From: Ascoidea asiatica JCM 7603
Lineage: Eukaryota; Fungi; Ascomycota
Assembly (NCBI GenBank): GCA_001600695.1
Contig: BCKQ01000004.1
Span: 479,583 to 543,582, forward strand
Direction of reading: 5' to 3'
Length of the DNA: 64,000 bases
The notes under the pieces were generated by a model. That model had not been told where the DNA came from, made no database searches, and was given only the letters and a program-made list of their open reading frames with translations. The position numbers and the translations under genes were made by a program. Of the stretch, positions 11,252 to 23,455 are shown piece by piece (position 1 is the stretch's first letter; each line of letters begins with the position of its first letter).

Positions 11252-12808
11252 ATGCCCGAAAAAAAATATAATATATCCTTTGATCCAAAAATTTCAAAAA
11301 TTATAGATGAATTTTCTAATGTTGAAAATATTTTAAATGATGCTGTTGATGTTTTCATTAATTCAATGAATCAAGGTTTAGAAAATATTAAAAGTTCAAA
11401 AGATTATATGCCAATGATTCCATCTTTTGTAACTAAAATTCCATCAGGTAATGAAAAAGGTTTATATTTAGCTTGTGATTTAGGTGGTACAAATTTTAGA
11501 GTTTGTTCAATTGAATTAAATGGTAATCATTCTTTTAATCTTGAACAATTAAAATCAAAAGTTGATAAACAATATATGATTGGTAATTCTGATAATTTAT
11601 TCAATTTTTTATCTTTACAAGTTAAAGAATTTTTATCTTTACATCATCAAGAATTTTTAAATAATGATAATATAAAATTAAACTCAATTAATTCAACTAA
11701 ATTCCATAATACTTTAAAAATGGCTTTTACATTTTCATTTCCAGTTGATCAACATTCAATAGATCATGGTGAATTATTAAGATGGACTAAAGGTTTTGAT
11801 GTTAAAGATGCTGTTGGTAAAGATATTACAAAATTATTTCAAAAATCTTTAAATTTAAATAATGTTCCAGTTAAATTAGTTGCAATTACAAATGATACTG
11901 TTGGAACTTTTTTAGCTAATAGTTATGTAAGTGATTCAAATAATAAAACTATTATTGGTGCAATTTATGGTACTGGAACTAATGGTTGTTATCTTGAAAA
12001 ATTATCAAATATTAAAAAACTTAAAAATTTTAAAAATTCTTCATCTCAATCAAATTCAATGATTATTAATACAGAATGGGGTTCATTTGATAATAATTTA
12101 AAAATTTTACCAAATACAAAATATGATATTGAATTAGATAAAAATACTCCAAATCAAGGTTATCATATGTTTGAAAAAAGAATTTCTGGAATGTTTTTAG
12201 GTGAATTATTACGTTTAATAATTATTGATTTACATAAAAATTCTTTACTTTTAGAAAAATATATAAATTCAAATAATGATTCAAATTCAAATCCTGGTTT
12301 AAGTTTAATTAAAAATCAAATTTTACATGTAAGTACAAATTTACCAAGAAGACCAACTGGTTTAGCTCCTTTACCTCATAGATTATTTTCGCCATGGTCT
12401 TTACCAACTGAACTTTTATCAACTCTTGAAGTTGATGATTCTTCCGAATTTAGAATCACAAAATTATTACTTGAAGATAAATTAAGATTATCAACAACTT
12501 TAAAAGATAGAATAATTATTAAGAAAATTGCTCATGCAATTGGTAAAAGAGCTGCATATTTATCTGCAATTCCAATTGTTGCAATTGTTCAACATACTAA
12601 ATCTCTTGAACAATTAGATCAAAATGCAAAAGTTGAAGTTGGTGTTGATGGTGCTGTTGTTGAATTTTTTCCTGGTTTTCAAGAAAATATAATTAAAGCT
12701 CTAGAATTATCTTCATTAGGAAAAGAAGGTGCAAGTAAAATATCATTGGTGATAACAAAAGATGGAAGTGGTGTAGGAGCTGCTCTCTGTTCAATGTCAA
12801 CAGATTGA
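11252..12808 (+). CDS. GLK1: Glucokinase (Glk1-type hexokinase), copy A
   Basis: Motifs DLGGTNFRVCS, FTFSFP, RWTKGF, TNDTVGT, GTGTNG, INTEWGSFDN, FEKRISGMFLGE and DGSGVGAALC. The LNGNHSFNLEQLKSK segment is Glk1-like. Confidence 0.9.
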   Translation: MPEKKYNISFDPKISKIIDEFSNVENILNDAVDVFINSMNQGLENIKSSKDYMPMIPSFVTKIPSGNEKGLYLACDLGGTNFRVCSIELNGNHSFNLEQLKSKVDKQYMIGNSDNLFNFLSLQVKEFLSLHHQEFLNNDNIKLNSINSTKFHNTLKMAFTFSFPVDQHSIDHGELLRWTKGFDVKDAVGKDITKLFQKSLNLNNVPVKLVAITNDTVGTFLANSYVSDSNNKTIIGAIYGTGTNGCYLEKLSNIKKLKNFKNSSSQSNSMIINTEWGSFDNNLKILPNTKYDIELDKNTPNQGYHMFEKRISGMFLGELLRLIIIDLHKNSLLLEKYINSNNDSNSNPGLSLIKNQILHVSTNLPRRPTGLAPLPHRLFSPWSLPTELLSTLEVDDSSEFRITKLLLEDKLRLSTTLKDRIIIKKIAHAIGKRAAYLSAIPIVAIVQHTKSLEQLDQNAKVEVGVDGAVVEFFPGFQENIIKALELSSLGKEGASKISLVITKDGSGVGAALCSMSTD

Positions 12809-13583
12809 ATTTGATTTCAATTATATAAAAATTACTCATTTAAATTCAATCAAATAAAACATTAATAAAATTTTTAATTCAATTATTTCTTTTTCCGTAG
12901 TTTAAAGAAACAAAAAATATAGAAAAAAATAATAATAGCATAATTTGCTAAATGCCTCAACCAAAAGAAAATAAAAATCTTAATAAAAAGACAATAACCC
13001 CCAGTTACTGAAATATTGACTAAATTTTTTTCATTGATTCTGTTTTTTTGTTACCAAAAGTAATTAATATGGACAAGCTAAATAGATAATCCGGAAAAAT
13101 TAATTTTCTTCTTTTGTTAATTTGAATAAAACTTTATAATGATGTGTAAATTTATTCTTAAAAAAAAATAGATATTTTTCCGAACGGATAATTTTGCTAC
13201 TGTTATTTGAATATAATGCATATTCTTTTCAACCTTTTTATAAAAGGCTCCGTTCAATGTAAATATTCAATGATACTCAAGTATTAAAATATATTAAGGG
13301 ACCCACTGAATATTACCCTTTTAGAGTGAAGTATATTAATATGAAAGTTATAAAAAAGAAGAAAAATGCATCAGTCAAATTTATTCAAATAAATATAAAT
13401 CATATGATCCTTATAAAAATTCATTTGCTTAGATTATTTCAGCATTCTTGTAAGTGACCAAACTTTACCTACTCCGGATTTTCTTCAACTAAAGGCTGCA
13501 TGATTTGATCTCAATATCGGAATAATTTGAAGCAGCAAAGAAGGCCTAGCCAATAATACCTGACCAATCGGATTAATTAGTTT

Positions 13584-14318
13584 GCGGGGAGTGAGAAATG
13601 CCCCAATAAAACGAGCTTTTCTGGAGATAATCCGGAGAACAAATCAGTTTCTATGGGGTCACATCAATCGTTGAATTGGATTTATGTGAAAGTTTCAAGA
13701 GAATATATTCCTTTAAAAGTGCACGCTGAAAACATACTTTGAAGAATTATTGAAATAACGTTTTTCCAAGGAAAGGATCAACTGCATTTTATTGATTATG
13801 TATGAAATTTTCATACTTCATGAAATTTTTTCACAAACCTGTAGTAGTTGGACCTCTTGAAGAAACTCAAGAAAGTATCAAATGGCGATTTGATTATAAT
13901 CATGGTGTACTTACATTTTATAAAAACGGAAAAAGTTGAGTTCACTACTTTATTGCCGGTTTGCTGAAATGGCTTTTTCTATTGTTGCTACCGTGACATT
14001 TGCATAGTTATTTTAGGAGTTTTATTGTTCCGTATCTAATTAAAGGGCAATTTTTTAACGTCAATAATCATTGTAATCAAATAAAAGTAAGAATTTTCAT
14101 AAAAAAAAGCCATCGTTTTGAAAAGACTAATAATTAAGTCAAATAATTAAATGAGTAAAAAATTCGCACTTGGATGAGGATAAAAACATTAAAATTGAGA
14201 AAAAACTGAATTTTGTCTTGTAAGCTAAAAAAATAAAGTTAATAGACATGCAACTAAATGGACCAGCCCTTACATGCTCAAAATGATACTTATCATACAA
14301 CCATAGCTATTTCTGGGG
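13584..14318 (+). promoter_or_regulatory. Two Mig1/CreA-type GC boxes upstream of glucokinase copy B (GCGGGG 13584-13589; CTGGGG 14313-14318)
   Basis: Each is SYGGGG preceded by an AT-rich flank, consistent with glucose repression of a glucokinase. Confidence 0.4.
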
Positions 14319-14710
14319 GGTTTCGACTGAATCAAAAACTAAAAACGTCATGAGCCACGCATATCATTATTTATGACCAAAATTACTTATTTGCTTTTTT
14401 AAGAAAAAACAATAAAAGAATATAAATATTGTAAATTTTATATTGACAATGAAAAATATACATATTGACATAATATAAATACTTTACAAATTCTTTGTTT
14501 TAATTAATTTATTATTTCTAATTTCAAATATATTCAAAACAATTATTTAAATATATATTTTTCCTAGATCCACAATATAAAAATACTACATATTTTTTTA
14601 CTAAAAAAATTATTTCACATAATATTCTATTACTAATTATTCAAAATAAATTTCAATATTAAGAATTACATATTCAAAACATTATAAATTAATTACAAAA
14701 GTTGAACAAA

Positions 14711-16276
14711 ATGGCTTTCGAAACTAAAGAACAAAAAATCGATAAATTTATACAACAATTTGAGGTGACTCCTAAACTTCTTCAGGATGGTGTTCGTCTT
14801 TTTCAAGAATCAATGTTAAATGGATTAAAAAACTCTTCTGCAGCTTCATCAACATTACCCATGATTCCATCATTTGTTACTCAAATTCCAAATGGTACTG
14901 AAAAAGGTTTATACTTGGCATGCGATTTGGGTGGTACTAACTTCAGGGTTTGTTCTGTAAAGCTTAATGGTGATCATACTTTCAGTTTAGAGCAATTAAA
15001 ATCAAAAGTTGATAATTATTATATGAAATCAACATCAGCAGAACTATTCACTTTTTTGGCTGAACAAGTTAAAACTTTCCTAACCTTGAACCATAAAGAG
15101 TATTTAGAAGATCATTCTCCCGAACAAGTTAGTATTAAATCTAAAGTTAAATTAGATATGGCATTTACTTTTTCTTTTCCAATAAACCAAACCTCAATTA
15201 ATCATGGGGAATTAATTAGATGGACTAAAGGCTTTGATGTTCAAGATGCTATTGGCAATGATATCACAAAGTTGTTTCAAAATGAGATTGATAGATTAAA
15301 TCTTCCAGTTCAATTAATTGCAATCACTAATGATACTGTTGGAACTCTTTTAGCCAACAGTTATGGTTCAATTGACGATAGTCCAACTATTATTGGATGC
15401 ATTTTTGGTACTGGTACTAATGGTTGTTACGATGAAAAAATCTCAAATATTCAAAAATTAGATGAAAACACAAAAAAATTCCTTGAATTAAAAAATCAAA
15501 CCACAATGGTTATTAATACCGAATGGGGTTCATTTGATAATGATTTAAAATTATTACCAAATACAAATTTAGATAAAATTGTTGATAGCGAAACTCCAAA
15601 TAAAGGTATTCATATGTTTGAAAAAAGGGTATCAGGTATGTTTTTGGGTGAATTGGTTAGATTAGCTATTGTTGAACTTCATAAAAAACGTTTAATTTTA
15701 AATCATTATGCTCCTATTGAAAATGAGTTAAAACCACCAGGAGAAGTTGAAGTTTTATCCAGAAATTCTAGTTTTACTTCCTTATTACAAATTTCCAGTA
15801 ATTTACCAAGACGTCAAAATGATCAAAGCATACCAATTCCACATAGATTGTTGAGACCATGGACTTTGAATACAGAGGTTCTATCAAGAATTGAAATTGA
15901 TGATTCATCGGATTTGAAAGTTTCAAAATTATGCTATGAAGATGAATTAAGACTTGAAACAAAAGTTGAAGACAGAATAGTTATTCAAAAAGTGATCAAA
16001 GCAATTACAACTAGAGCAGCTTATATATCAGCAATTCCAATTGCAGCCATTCTTTTGCATGTTACTGGAAATAAAGGATTAAAAGAACCAGTTCAGGTAG
16101 GTGCTGATGGATCTGTTATTGAATTTTATCCATGCTTCAAAAGCAGAATTTTGAAAGCTTTAGCACTTACACAATTAGGAGAAGAAGGTGCCAAAAATGT
16201 TCAAATAACAATTGCCAAAGATGGTAGTGGGGTTGGTGCTGCATTATGTTCTAAATCAGCCTCGGTATTGGCTTAA
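14711..16276 (+). CDS. GLK1: Glucokinase (Glk1-type hexokinase), copy B; first ATG at 14711
   Basis: Same complete motif set as copy A, including LPMIPSFVT, LNGDHTFSLEQLKSK, IIGCIFGTGTNGCY and GADGSVIEFYP. Confidence 0.9.
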   Translation: MAFETKEQKIDKFIQQFEVTPKLLQDGVRLFQESMLNGLKNSSAASSTLPMIPSFVTQIPNGTEKGLYLACDLGGTNFRVCSVKLNGDHTFSLEQLKSKVDNYYMKSTSAELFTFLAEQVKTFLTLNHKEYLEDHSPEQVSIKSKVKLDMAFTFSFPINQTSINHGELIRWTKGFDVQDAIGNDITKLFQNEIDRLNLPVQLIAITNDTVGTLLANSYGSIDDSPTIIGCIFGTGTNGCYDEKISNIQKLDENTKKFLELKNQTTMVINTEWGSFDNDLKLLPNTNLDKIVDSETPNKGIHMFEKRVSGMFLGELVRLAIVELHKKRLILNHYAPIENELKPPGEVEVLSRNSSFTSLLQISSNLPRRQNDQSIPIPHRLLRPWTLNTEVLSRIEIDDSSDLKVSKLCYEDELRLETKVEDRIVIQKVIKAITTRAAYISAIPIAAILLHVTGNKGLKEPVQVGADGSVIEFYPCFKSRILKALALTQLGEEGAKNVQITIAKDGSGVGAALCSKSASVLA

Positions 16277-16833
16277 TTTTTTTTCCAAGAATTTTCTTAT
16301 GAATAATGAATAGACTTTGTTTTAAATTTTCATATTATTCCTTTTAATGACTTCATTATTTCTTTCAACTTTTTTCTTTTTTTAGTTTTTCATCATTCAT
16401 CATTTTCAAAATCTTTAAAAATTTCAGTCATTTTCTGCTTTGAGTTTATTTTATTTTTTTTCAATTCATATTTAGAGAAATATAGTTTTTAATGACAGCA
16501 GTTTTTTATTTTTTAAATAATTGTAGAGTTTTTTCTTGGCAAAGTATGTAACTTTTCAAAATCGATTATTCACATCTGTATTTCATGTCAGTGGCAATAT
16601 TACGTAGCGTTATCATTTTTATAAGTAACGTTAGCACTTTCGTCAAAAAACTTTTTGGTAGTATATCCGCCGGGTAACATATTTACTTTTTGGCCAATTC
16701 TACAGAGTAAGAAAAATAAGTAACATCAAGATTAATTGGACTTTCTCCTTCCGAAAATAAAATAGTTTCAAGAATTGACAAAAACTTTTTCAAAGCCCAA
16801 ATATTATTTAAAGAAAGTGTTTAAAGTTTGAAA

Positions 16834-17604
16834 ATGCCAAAATATTATTGTGATTATTGTCGAATTTACTTGACTCATGATTCAACAAGTGTGAGAAAAT
16901 CTCATTTGGTTGGTAAAAATCATATAAAATATGTTTGTGATTATTATGAAGAAGAAGCTAAAAAATTGGGCATCTGGAAAAAAGAGAACATTGTCCAAGA
17001 TTTCTGCTTGGATGATTATTATAAGGGGTCCCCCGGTATGATATTTGCGCTGGATTCAACAGAAGTTGAACAGCAGTCAATAACTCCTGCAGATAAAGTA
17101 AATACGAACGAAGATTTTCTAAAAGAATTTGAAGCTAGAACATTGCCACCTCCTCCAACATTGCAAAATATGCCTAATCCTCCACCTAGTGTTTTAAGAA
17201 CTCTGATTTCAAATTCAGGAGCAAAGAGTAGCACAATTTTTGGAAAAAGTTATCATATTATCTCAAAGGATTCAAGTTCGTATCAACCAAGAAATATGAA
17301 CTCAGCTCCAACTTCAAATATGATGAAGACGACAAACTTAAGTTCTATATCTGAATCCAGAGGATCAAATCCTGGATCTTTTGGTAACAAACCTAACTAC
17401 AAAAGTAATTTTAATCATTATGGTGGTCATCCAAATCATGGTATTCACGCAAGTAAATCTGGTAGTCTAAAAAATCCAAATTCATATTCTACATATTCTG
17501 GTAACCGAAATTATAATAAATTCAACAACAATAACTATGTACACAAAAACTACAACCAAAACAATGATGTATATAAAAGACATAATCAATATCAAAAACG
17601 GTAA
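16834..17604 (+). CDS. YHC1: U1 snRNP protein C
   Basis: Matrin-type zinc finger [30 protein letters not shown] followed by a proline-rich segment. ATG at 16834. Confidence 0.92.
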   Translation: MPKYYCDYCRIYLTHDSTSVRKSHLVGKNHIKYVCDYYEEEAKKLGIWKKENIVQDFCLDDYYKGSPGMIFALDSTEVEQQSITPADKVNTNEDFLKEFEARTLPPPPTLQNMPNPPPSVLRTLISNSGAKSSTIFGKSYHIISKDSSSYQPRNMNSAPTSNMMKTTNLSSISESRGSNPGSFGNKPNYKSNFNHYGGHPNHGIHASKSGSLKNPNSYSTYSGNRNYNKFNNNNYVHKNYNQNNDVYKRHNQYQKR

Positions 17605-18452
17605 GCCAAATTTCGCCTTTGAATTATTTAAAAAAAAATGTGAAAAAAATAAATACCAATGAAGAATACTCTAACTACTTTCTTTGATTCTGAGCATTTT
17701 TTTGATTGCTTTTTATTTGCAATCGAAATTATCGATCAACCAATAAGTATAGTGCACTAAAATTTAGATATTAGGTTTATAAAAAATGACATTATGGTTT
17801 CAATATGAATTATAACAAAAGTGGTCCATGTATTTCAAAAACGTTTTTTTATTCAATTTTATAAATTCATTTTTTTTGTAAACTTGGCTCATGGTTTTAT
17901 TGATTTTAGGATAGTTATATAGTTTGCTCCTTAATCTTTCTTGAAAACCGTCCCATCACTTGTTTTTCTTAGTGGTTTTGAACATACGATAAACCTTCTG
18001 AAAATGGATTGAAATTCAGATTTGAACACTGAAAAAGATATTTCTATAGAATTGAAACTTTTCAAAGAATTTAGTTTTTTTTTTCTCTTTAATGTCTTTT
18101 AATCCAGAATCTTCTCAAATAATATTATCAATATTAACTTTTAATACTATTGCTTCAGAGTATTTGGCATCTAACGTTAGAATAACGTCACTGAAACAGT
18201 TCTACACAAATCTTTAAGAAAAACCCTTTTTGTCCAAAATGGCACGTGATTAATGGACATCTAGATTAAAATGAGTGATGAACAACTCCAAGCCTTAAAT
18301 CTCCGAGATATTTTATTGATTGATATATTTTTAATAGAATGTCTTCATAATTGATATTAGTTTATTTATATTATTTCACTCAGTCAAATCTCTTTTTTGA
18401 AATTACTGTATATTATAAATGCAAATCATGAATAGCCTAATAGTTTAGTGAG

Positions 18453-20960
18453 ATGCCTCGAATAAATAGTTCCACCTTAATTTTTCTTATAATTTTCTTT
18501 ACTTTTATATTTCCCACTCCTTCTCAAGATTCTGGTGCCTCTCGTACTCAAAGACAGCAAGTTAAAGATTATAAACAGTTTAAAAATGATTTGAGAGAAT
18601 CCATTCTAAACCGTACATATTCTGAAGGTTATGGAAACACAACAGGCTTCTTAATGAGCTATCTGGATGCTGAGCAACACAGAAATGTAAGTCATTGGCC
18701 TTTTCCAGATAAAGATTATAATAATTTTATCGAAGATGAAGAATTTTCAATTTTACCAAATTATATTTCAAAATTAGCAAAGAGGGTCTGGAACTCCGAA
18801 GCATCTAATTATGAAGTAACAGATGTTGATAATCAGAAATTATTTTTTAAAAACATTACCTCCACTTTGAGAGGAAGTTTTCAAAGAAGTTCCTTAAATT
18901 TTACAAAAATTCCAATGCCTTTTCCTTCTAAATTTCAAACATCCTTAGAATATCCAAATTGGGATTATGATGATTCGGATTACAAAATTCACGATAAAAG
19001 AGAAAAAAGAGAAAATTCAGACAACAGCTTTAGATATTCTGATTCAACTGGATTCCAGGATGATGCTATTATGAAAGGAGAAGGGATCAACAAATCCGAT
19101 TTGGATGATGAGAAAGATAATGATGATTTTGATAGAATTCCTAGCAAAAAAGTTGGTAATATTACGGCTACAGATGGAACTTTAAAGTTAGAAATATATA
19201 ATTATGAAAATTCCAATGAGTTTCTGAGGAAATTTTCTCCAGAGTTTCAGTTTGAAGATCTAAATTATTTGTATATGAAAGTAGATTTGAACACCATCAA
19301 GGAAGACGATAAACATGATTTAGTTTTGAAAGGATTGTATGATGAAAGAACAGGGAATATTATAGGTATTACAGACTCTTTAAAATTTGAAGGTTATTGG
19401 GAATTATCTCATCTAATTTTAGATGAATATTCTCCAAATTTTCCCGATTTCAATGTCACAAAACATTTTCAGTATTATAAGTCGTTGGAAAATAACAAAG
19501 ATTACGATTTTGTTGATTTCAAATATCTACTTGATAGAAATGAAAATGCAAATAATTGTGAGTATATATCTTATTTGCATGTGGATTCAATACAAGATCC
19601 AAATTTAACTAGAAGTGATTTAGATGAAATAGAAGAAGAATTAAGAAATCCAATAGGTAGGCCACATAAAGAAATGCCAAAAATTAAAATATCCAAAGGC
19701 TTTTTTTACTCGCCAGATTGTGGAATTTTAGTAACTACTTCTAATAAAGATCCGCTAATTGGAGTTAGAAATGAGATTTTCTTAGCTCAATTGAAAAACA
19801 TAATTTTACTTGGATTGGGAATTTTAATATCTCTTATGCTTCTAACAATTCGTCAAATGGATTATACGAGCACTCCCTCAACCATATCAAAGATTTCTTT
19901 TTACACCATTGGGATAATGAATCTAACTGATGGAACAATGAGCATGCTTTACCTATTATCATCAGCTTTGGTTTATGAGCTTTATATTCCATTAGCTGTA
20001 AGCGCGTTCTTGACATTTATTCTTTCTAGTGTGTTTGAAATGCGATATCTCATTTTAATAAGCTCATCACAGCAAAATGAGCGGACAGTTGATATATGGA
20101 CAGCTTTAAGAGGAGCAACAATCGATAGTACAGAGAGAATTCCTGCTCCACCTGATACAGCTAGAAATAATGAGGTTAGAGACAATGAGGGAACTACACC
20201 ACTAATTCCTGTAGCTGAACGACCACCCAGACCTACTCCACAACCCACAGAAGATCAAGTCGGAGGTTCCCTATATTCAAAGTCATTTTTTATTTTAATC
20301 ATATTTACATTCCTAATATTGAATGCTAGTTTATGGTCTAAAAAAGCTAGAAGAATTTTTGAATTTTTTTGTTTAATTCTTCTTAATTCATACTGGGCTC
20401 CTCAATTTTATCGAAATCTAATTCGTGGATCTTCAAAAGGGTTTAGATGGGAATATATCATTGGTTCGTCAGTTTTAAGATTTTTACCAATTGCCTACAT
20501 AACAATGAACAAATCAAACCCATTTCATCATCATTATGATCCATCACTTTCTGGAACAATAGCGTGCTGGCTAACCGTTCAACTTTTCTTACTATTTTTA
20601 CAAGAAACATTTGGACCACGCTTTTTATTTCCTAAATCATGGTTGCCTTCGATTTATAATTATCATAAAATATTAACAGAATATGATATTGAAAATGGAT
20701 TTGGTATTGAGCAAACTAAACAAAGTAGTCAAAATAAAAATAATTTATTCAAAGTAGATTGTACTATATGCATGACAGATGTTGAGTTGCCTATTGTTAA
20801 AGATGATAATTATGAAAATAATAATGAAGATATTAAGGCAAAAGCTAAGTTATATATGGTGACTCCTTGTCGACATGTATTTCATACAAATTGTCTTCAA
20901 GGATGGATGAAATATAAGCTTCAATGTCCTGTTTGTCGTTCTCCATTGCCTCCAATATGA
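18453..20960 (+). CDS. TUL1: Golgi Dsc-complex transmembrane RING E3 ligase
   Basis: N-terminal hydrophobic segment, lumenal domain (ELRNPIGRP, YSPDCG), multiple TM helices and a C-terminal RING-H2 (CTICM...YMVTPCRHVFHTNCLQGWMKYKLQCPVCR). Confidence 0.9.
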   Translation: MPRINSSTLIFLIIFFTFIFPTPSQDSGASRTQRQQVKDYKQFKNDLRESILNRTYSEGYGNTTGFLMSYLDAEQHRNVSHWPFPDKDYNNFIEDEEFSILPNYISKLAKRVWNSEASNYEVTDVDNQKLFFKNITSTLRGSFQRSSLNFTKIPMPFPSKFQTSLEYPNWDYDDSDYKIHDKREKRENSDNSFRYSDSTGFQDDAIMKGEGINKSDLDDEKDNDDFDRIPSKKVGNITATDGTLKLEIYNYENSNEFLRKFSPEFQFEDLNYLYMKVDLNTIKEDDKHDLVLKGLYDERTGNIIGITDSLKFEGYWELSHLILDEYSPNFPDFNVTKHFQYYKSLENNKDYDFVDFKYLLDRNENANNCEYISYLHVDSIQDPNLTRSDLDEIEEELRNPIGRPHKEMPKIKISKGFFYSPDCGILVTTSNKDPLIGVRNEIFLAQLKNIILLGLGILISLMLLTIRQMDYTSTPSTISKISFYTIGIMNLTDGTMSMLYLLSSALVYELYIPLAVSAFLTFILSSVFEMRYLILISSSQQNERTVDIWTALRGATIDSTERIPAPPDTARNNEVRDNEGTTPLIPVAERPPRPTPQPTEDQVGGSLYSKSFFILIIFTFLILNASLWSKKARRIFEFFCLILLNSYWAPQFYRNLIRGSSKGFRWEYIIGSSVLRFLPIAYITMNKSNPFHHHYDPSLSGTIACWLTVQLFLLFLQETFGPRFLFPKSWLPSIYNYHKILTEYDIENGFGIEQTKQSSQNKNNLFKVDCTICMTDVELPIVKDDNYENNNEDIKAKAKLYMVTPCRHVFHTNCLQGWMKYKLQCPVCRSPLPPI

Positions 20961-21428
20961 TAAAATATTTTTTCAATCATGCTCAAAATATTTCTTCTCA
21001 AATAGTGCAATAATGATAATCGAGCGGTAATAATACTGTTTTGTTCCTCTTAAACCAAAATGTAAAATTTTTCTCAGGGCCTTTAACAAAAGGGATTAAA
21101 GTATTTTATTATGGTAAATTATGAACATAATTTTATAAATATTACTATCATGTTCCTTGAATAGAAAGTTTACTTCAATAACATTAGGACAGTAAGGTTC
21201 AGCGGCTCCAATTAAATGGTAAAGTGCACTATCACGGGATAATATCACGTGGCTATTTGCTTTTGCTGCTCGCCAATGATAAAGCTCAAATTTATAATAT
21301 GGTTCGAAGCTGAATAGAGAAATAAGCTCAGTTGGATAGTATATTAAAATTGATAAAGACATAAAGCAAAAAGCTCTCTTTTAAATTCAGCAACATTAGA
21401 GTAAAATATCAAAATATTAAAGATCGAA

Positions 21429-21758
21429 ATGGCAATTACAGAGATTCCACCTTTACGTATGTTACTATATTTTAATTTCAAAAGAAATCCAATATTATTG
21501 CTGATTTTCTAACCGTCAAATAATTGAGTAGTTTCTCACGATGAGATGAAAAAAAATAAAATACCATTAAATTATCGTGATAGATGTGCTGCTCTATTGG
21601 TTCCTTTAAACAAATGTAGAAAAGAAGGATGGTATTTGCCCTGGAATTGTGTTCAGGAACGTCATGATTATGAACAATGCCAATATTTAGATTTTAAAAG
21701 ACGTGTTAAGGAATTAGAAGAATTGAAGATAAAACTTGAAGCTGAAAAAAAAATATAA
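21429..21758 (+). CDS. NDUFB7: NADH:ubiquinone oxidoreductase B18 subunit (NDUFB7/NB8M); exons 21429-21456 and 21532-21758
   Basis: Twin CX9C motif in IPLNYRDRCAALLVPLNKCR...CVQERHDYEQCQYLDFKRR. GTATGT donor at 21457, TTCTAAC branch at 21507 and TAG acceptor at 21531 give MAITEIPPLLSHDEM in frame. Confidence 0.9.
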
Positions 21759-22123
21759 ATTAGTAATAATTTAGGACTATATTCTCTGTTTTCAAAATTT
21801 ATCATAACTTTTTGAAGAAATTTTTTGAATTGGTTAAAAAATTGTCATCAATGAAAACATGAAGACTTAAAAATTCAATATCAGCTTTTTTTTTAATTGG
21901 ATTCCATTTTTACTTTATATATATACATTATCTTATCTCATCAGAATTGTTTTCTGGATCTTCAATAAAAGTTGCGTTCAATCCATGATTCAAAATAAGT
22001 TAAAAGAAAAAGTAATTTATTTTTATTATTATATCAACAATATAAACACAATTTTAAAGTACTCTTTTCAAGAAAAAAAATTGACTAGAAATGCTAGAGA
22101 TCAGAATAATAAATTAAATTAAA

Positions 22124-23455
22124 TTAAAGATATAAACCTTCAAGATTTTCTTCGATCTTATTTTTGAGAACTCTCTCTTTTGCTTTTGTGAAATCATCCA
22201 TAGTTACTTGCATTCTCCTTTCTCTCAAAGCTAATAAACCGGCTTCGGTGCACATTGCTTTAATATCAGCACCACTTAAGTCATCTTTGCTTGTAACTAA
22301 TTCCTCAAGTTTAACGTCCTCAGCTAGATTCATTTTGCTTGTATGAATACCTAAAATTTTCTTTTTTGTACTTGGGTCTGGATTTTCAAATAAAATTTTT
22401 CTATCAATTCTTCCAGGTCTAATTAAAGCAGGATCTAAACTTTCAATTTTATTTGTTGCCATAATTACTTTAACATCACCTCTATCATCAAACCCATCTA
22501 ATTGATTTAATAATTCTAACATAGTTCTTTGAACTTCTCTTTCACCACCACTTGTTGAATCATATCTTTTACTACCAATTGCATCAATTTCATCTATAAA
22601 AACAATTGAAGGAGCATGATCAGCAGCAACTTTGAATATTTGTCTACAAAGACGTGGACCATCTCCTAGATATTTCTGAATTAATTCTGACCCAACGATT
22701 CTTAAGAAAGTAGCAGAAGTTTGATTAGCTACAGCTTTAGCTAATAATGTTTTACCAGTACCCGGAGCACCATAAAGAATAACACCCTTTGGTGGCTTTA
22801 TTCCCATTTCTTCATATAATTCAGGATGCGTTAGAGGTAATTCAACGGATTCTTTAATTTCTTGAATTTGAGATTCTAAACCACCAATATCACTATATGA
22901 TTCAGTTGGTGATTTATCTAATTTCATAACACTAACCATAGGATCTGTATCATCTTGTAATACACCTACAATCGACATAGTTTTATAGCGTAAAAGAACA
23001 GTACAATTAGGCTCTAATAATCCTTTATCAACAAATGATAAGATTGAAACATAATATTCAGGACCTGAATTAGTTGATATAATTGCATGATCATCATCAA
23101 TGATTTCTTCTAAAGTTCCAATTGACATTGGGGAACCTCTTAGCTCATCAATCTTTTCTCTTTCTTCTATAACTTTTTCATTTGCACTAGGCTGAAAAGT
23201 TTCATTATTCAAAACAAATTCTTGTTCCATTAATAAATGATCTTTTATTCTTTCCATTTTTAAAAGTTTTAATTTACAACGAGTTGTTGGGTACACAGTT
23301 GGTAATTTAATTGCAGCAGCTGGTCCTTTTCTCTTTCTACGACCAAATTTTGATTGAATTGGCGGCTCATATCTTGGTTTTTGTTTTTTACCATCTTTAT
23401 TATTTTTATTATTATCAGAACCTCCTGGGTTCATTCCTGAAGCACCTTGACCCAT
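22124..23455 (-). CDS. RPT2: 26S proteasome AAA-ATPase subunit Rpt2
   Basis: MGQG myristoylation start, Walker [20 protein letters not shown] and C-terminal HbYX tail EGLYL. Confidence 0.97.
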   Translation of the reverse strand: MGQGASGMNPGGSDNNKNNKDGKKQKPRYEPPIQSKFGRRKRKGPAAAIKLPTVYPTTRCKLKLLKMERIKDHLLMEQEFVLNNETFQPSANEKVIEEREKIDELRGSPMSIGTLEEIIDDDHAIISTNSGPEYYVSILSFVDKGLLEPNCTVLLRYKTMSIVGVLQDDTDPMVSVMKLDKSPTESYSDIGGLESQIQEIKESVELPLTHPELYEEMGIKPPKGVILYGAPGTGKTLLAKAVANQTSATFLRIVGSELIQKYLGDGPRLCRQIFKVAADHAPSIVFIDEIDAIGSKRYDSTSGGEREVQRTMLELLNQLDGFDDRGDVKVIMATNKIESLDPALIRPGRIDRKILFENPDPSTKKKILGIHTSKMNLAEDVKLEELVTSKDDLSGADIKAMCTEAGLLALRERRMQVTMDDFTKAKERVLKNKIEENLEGLYL

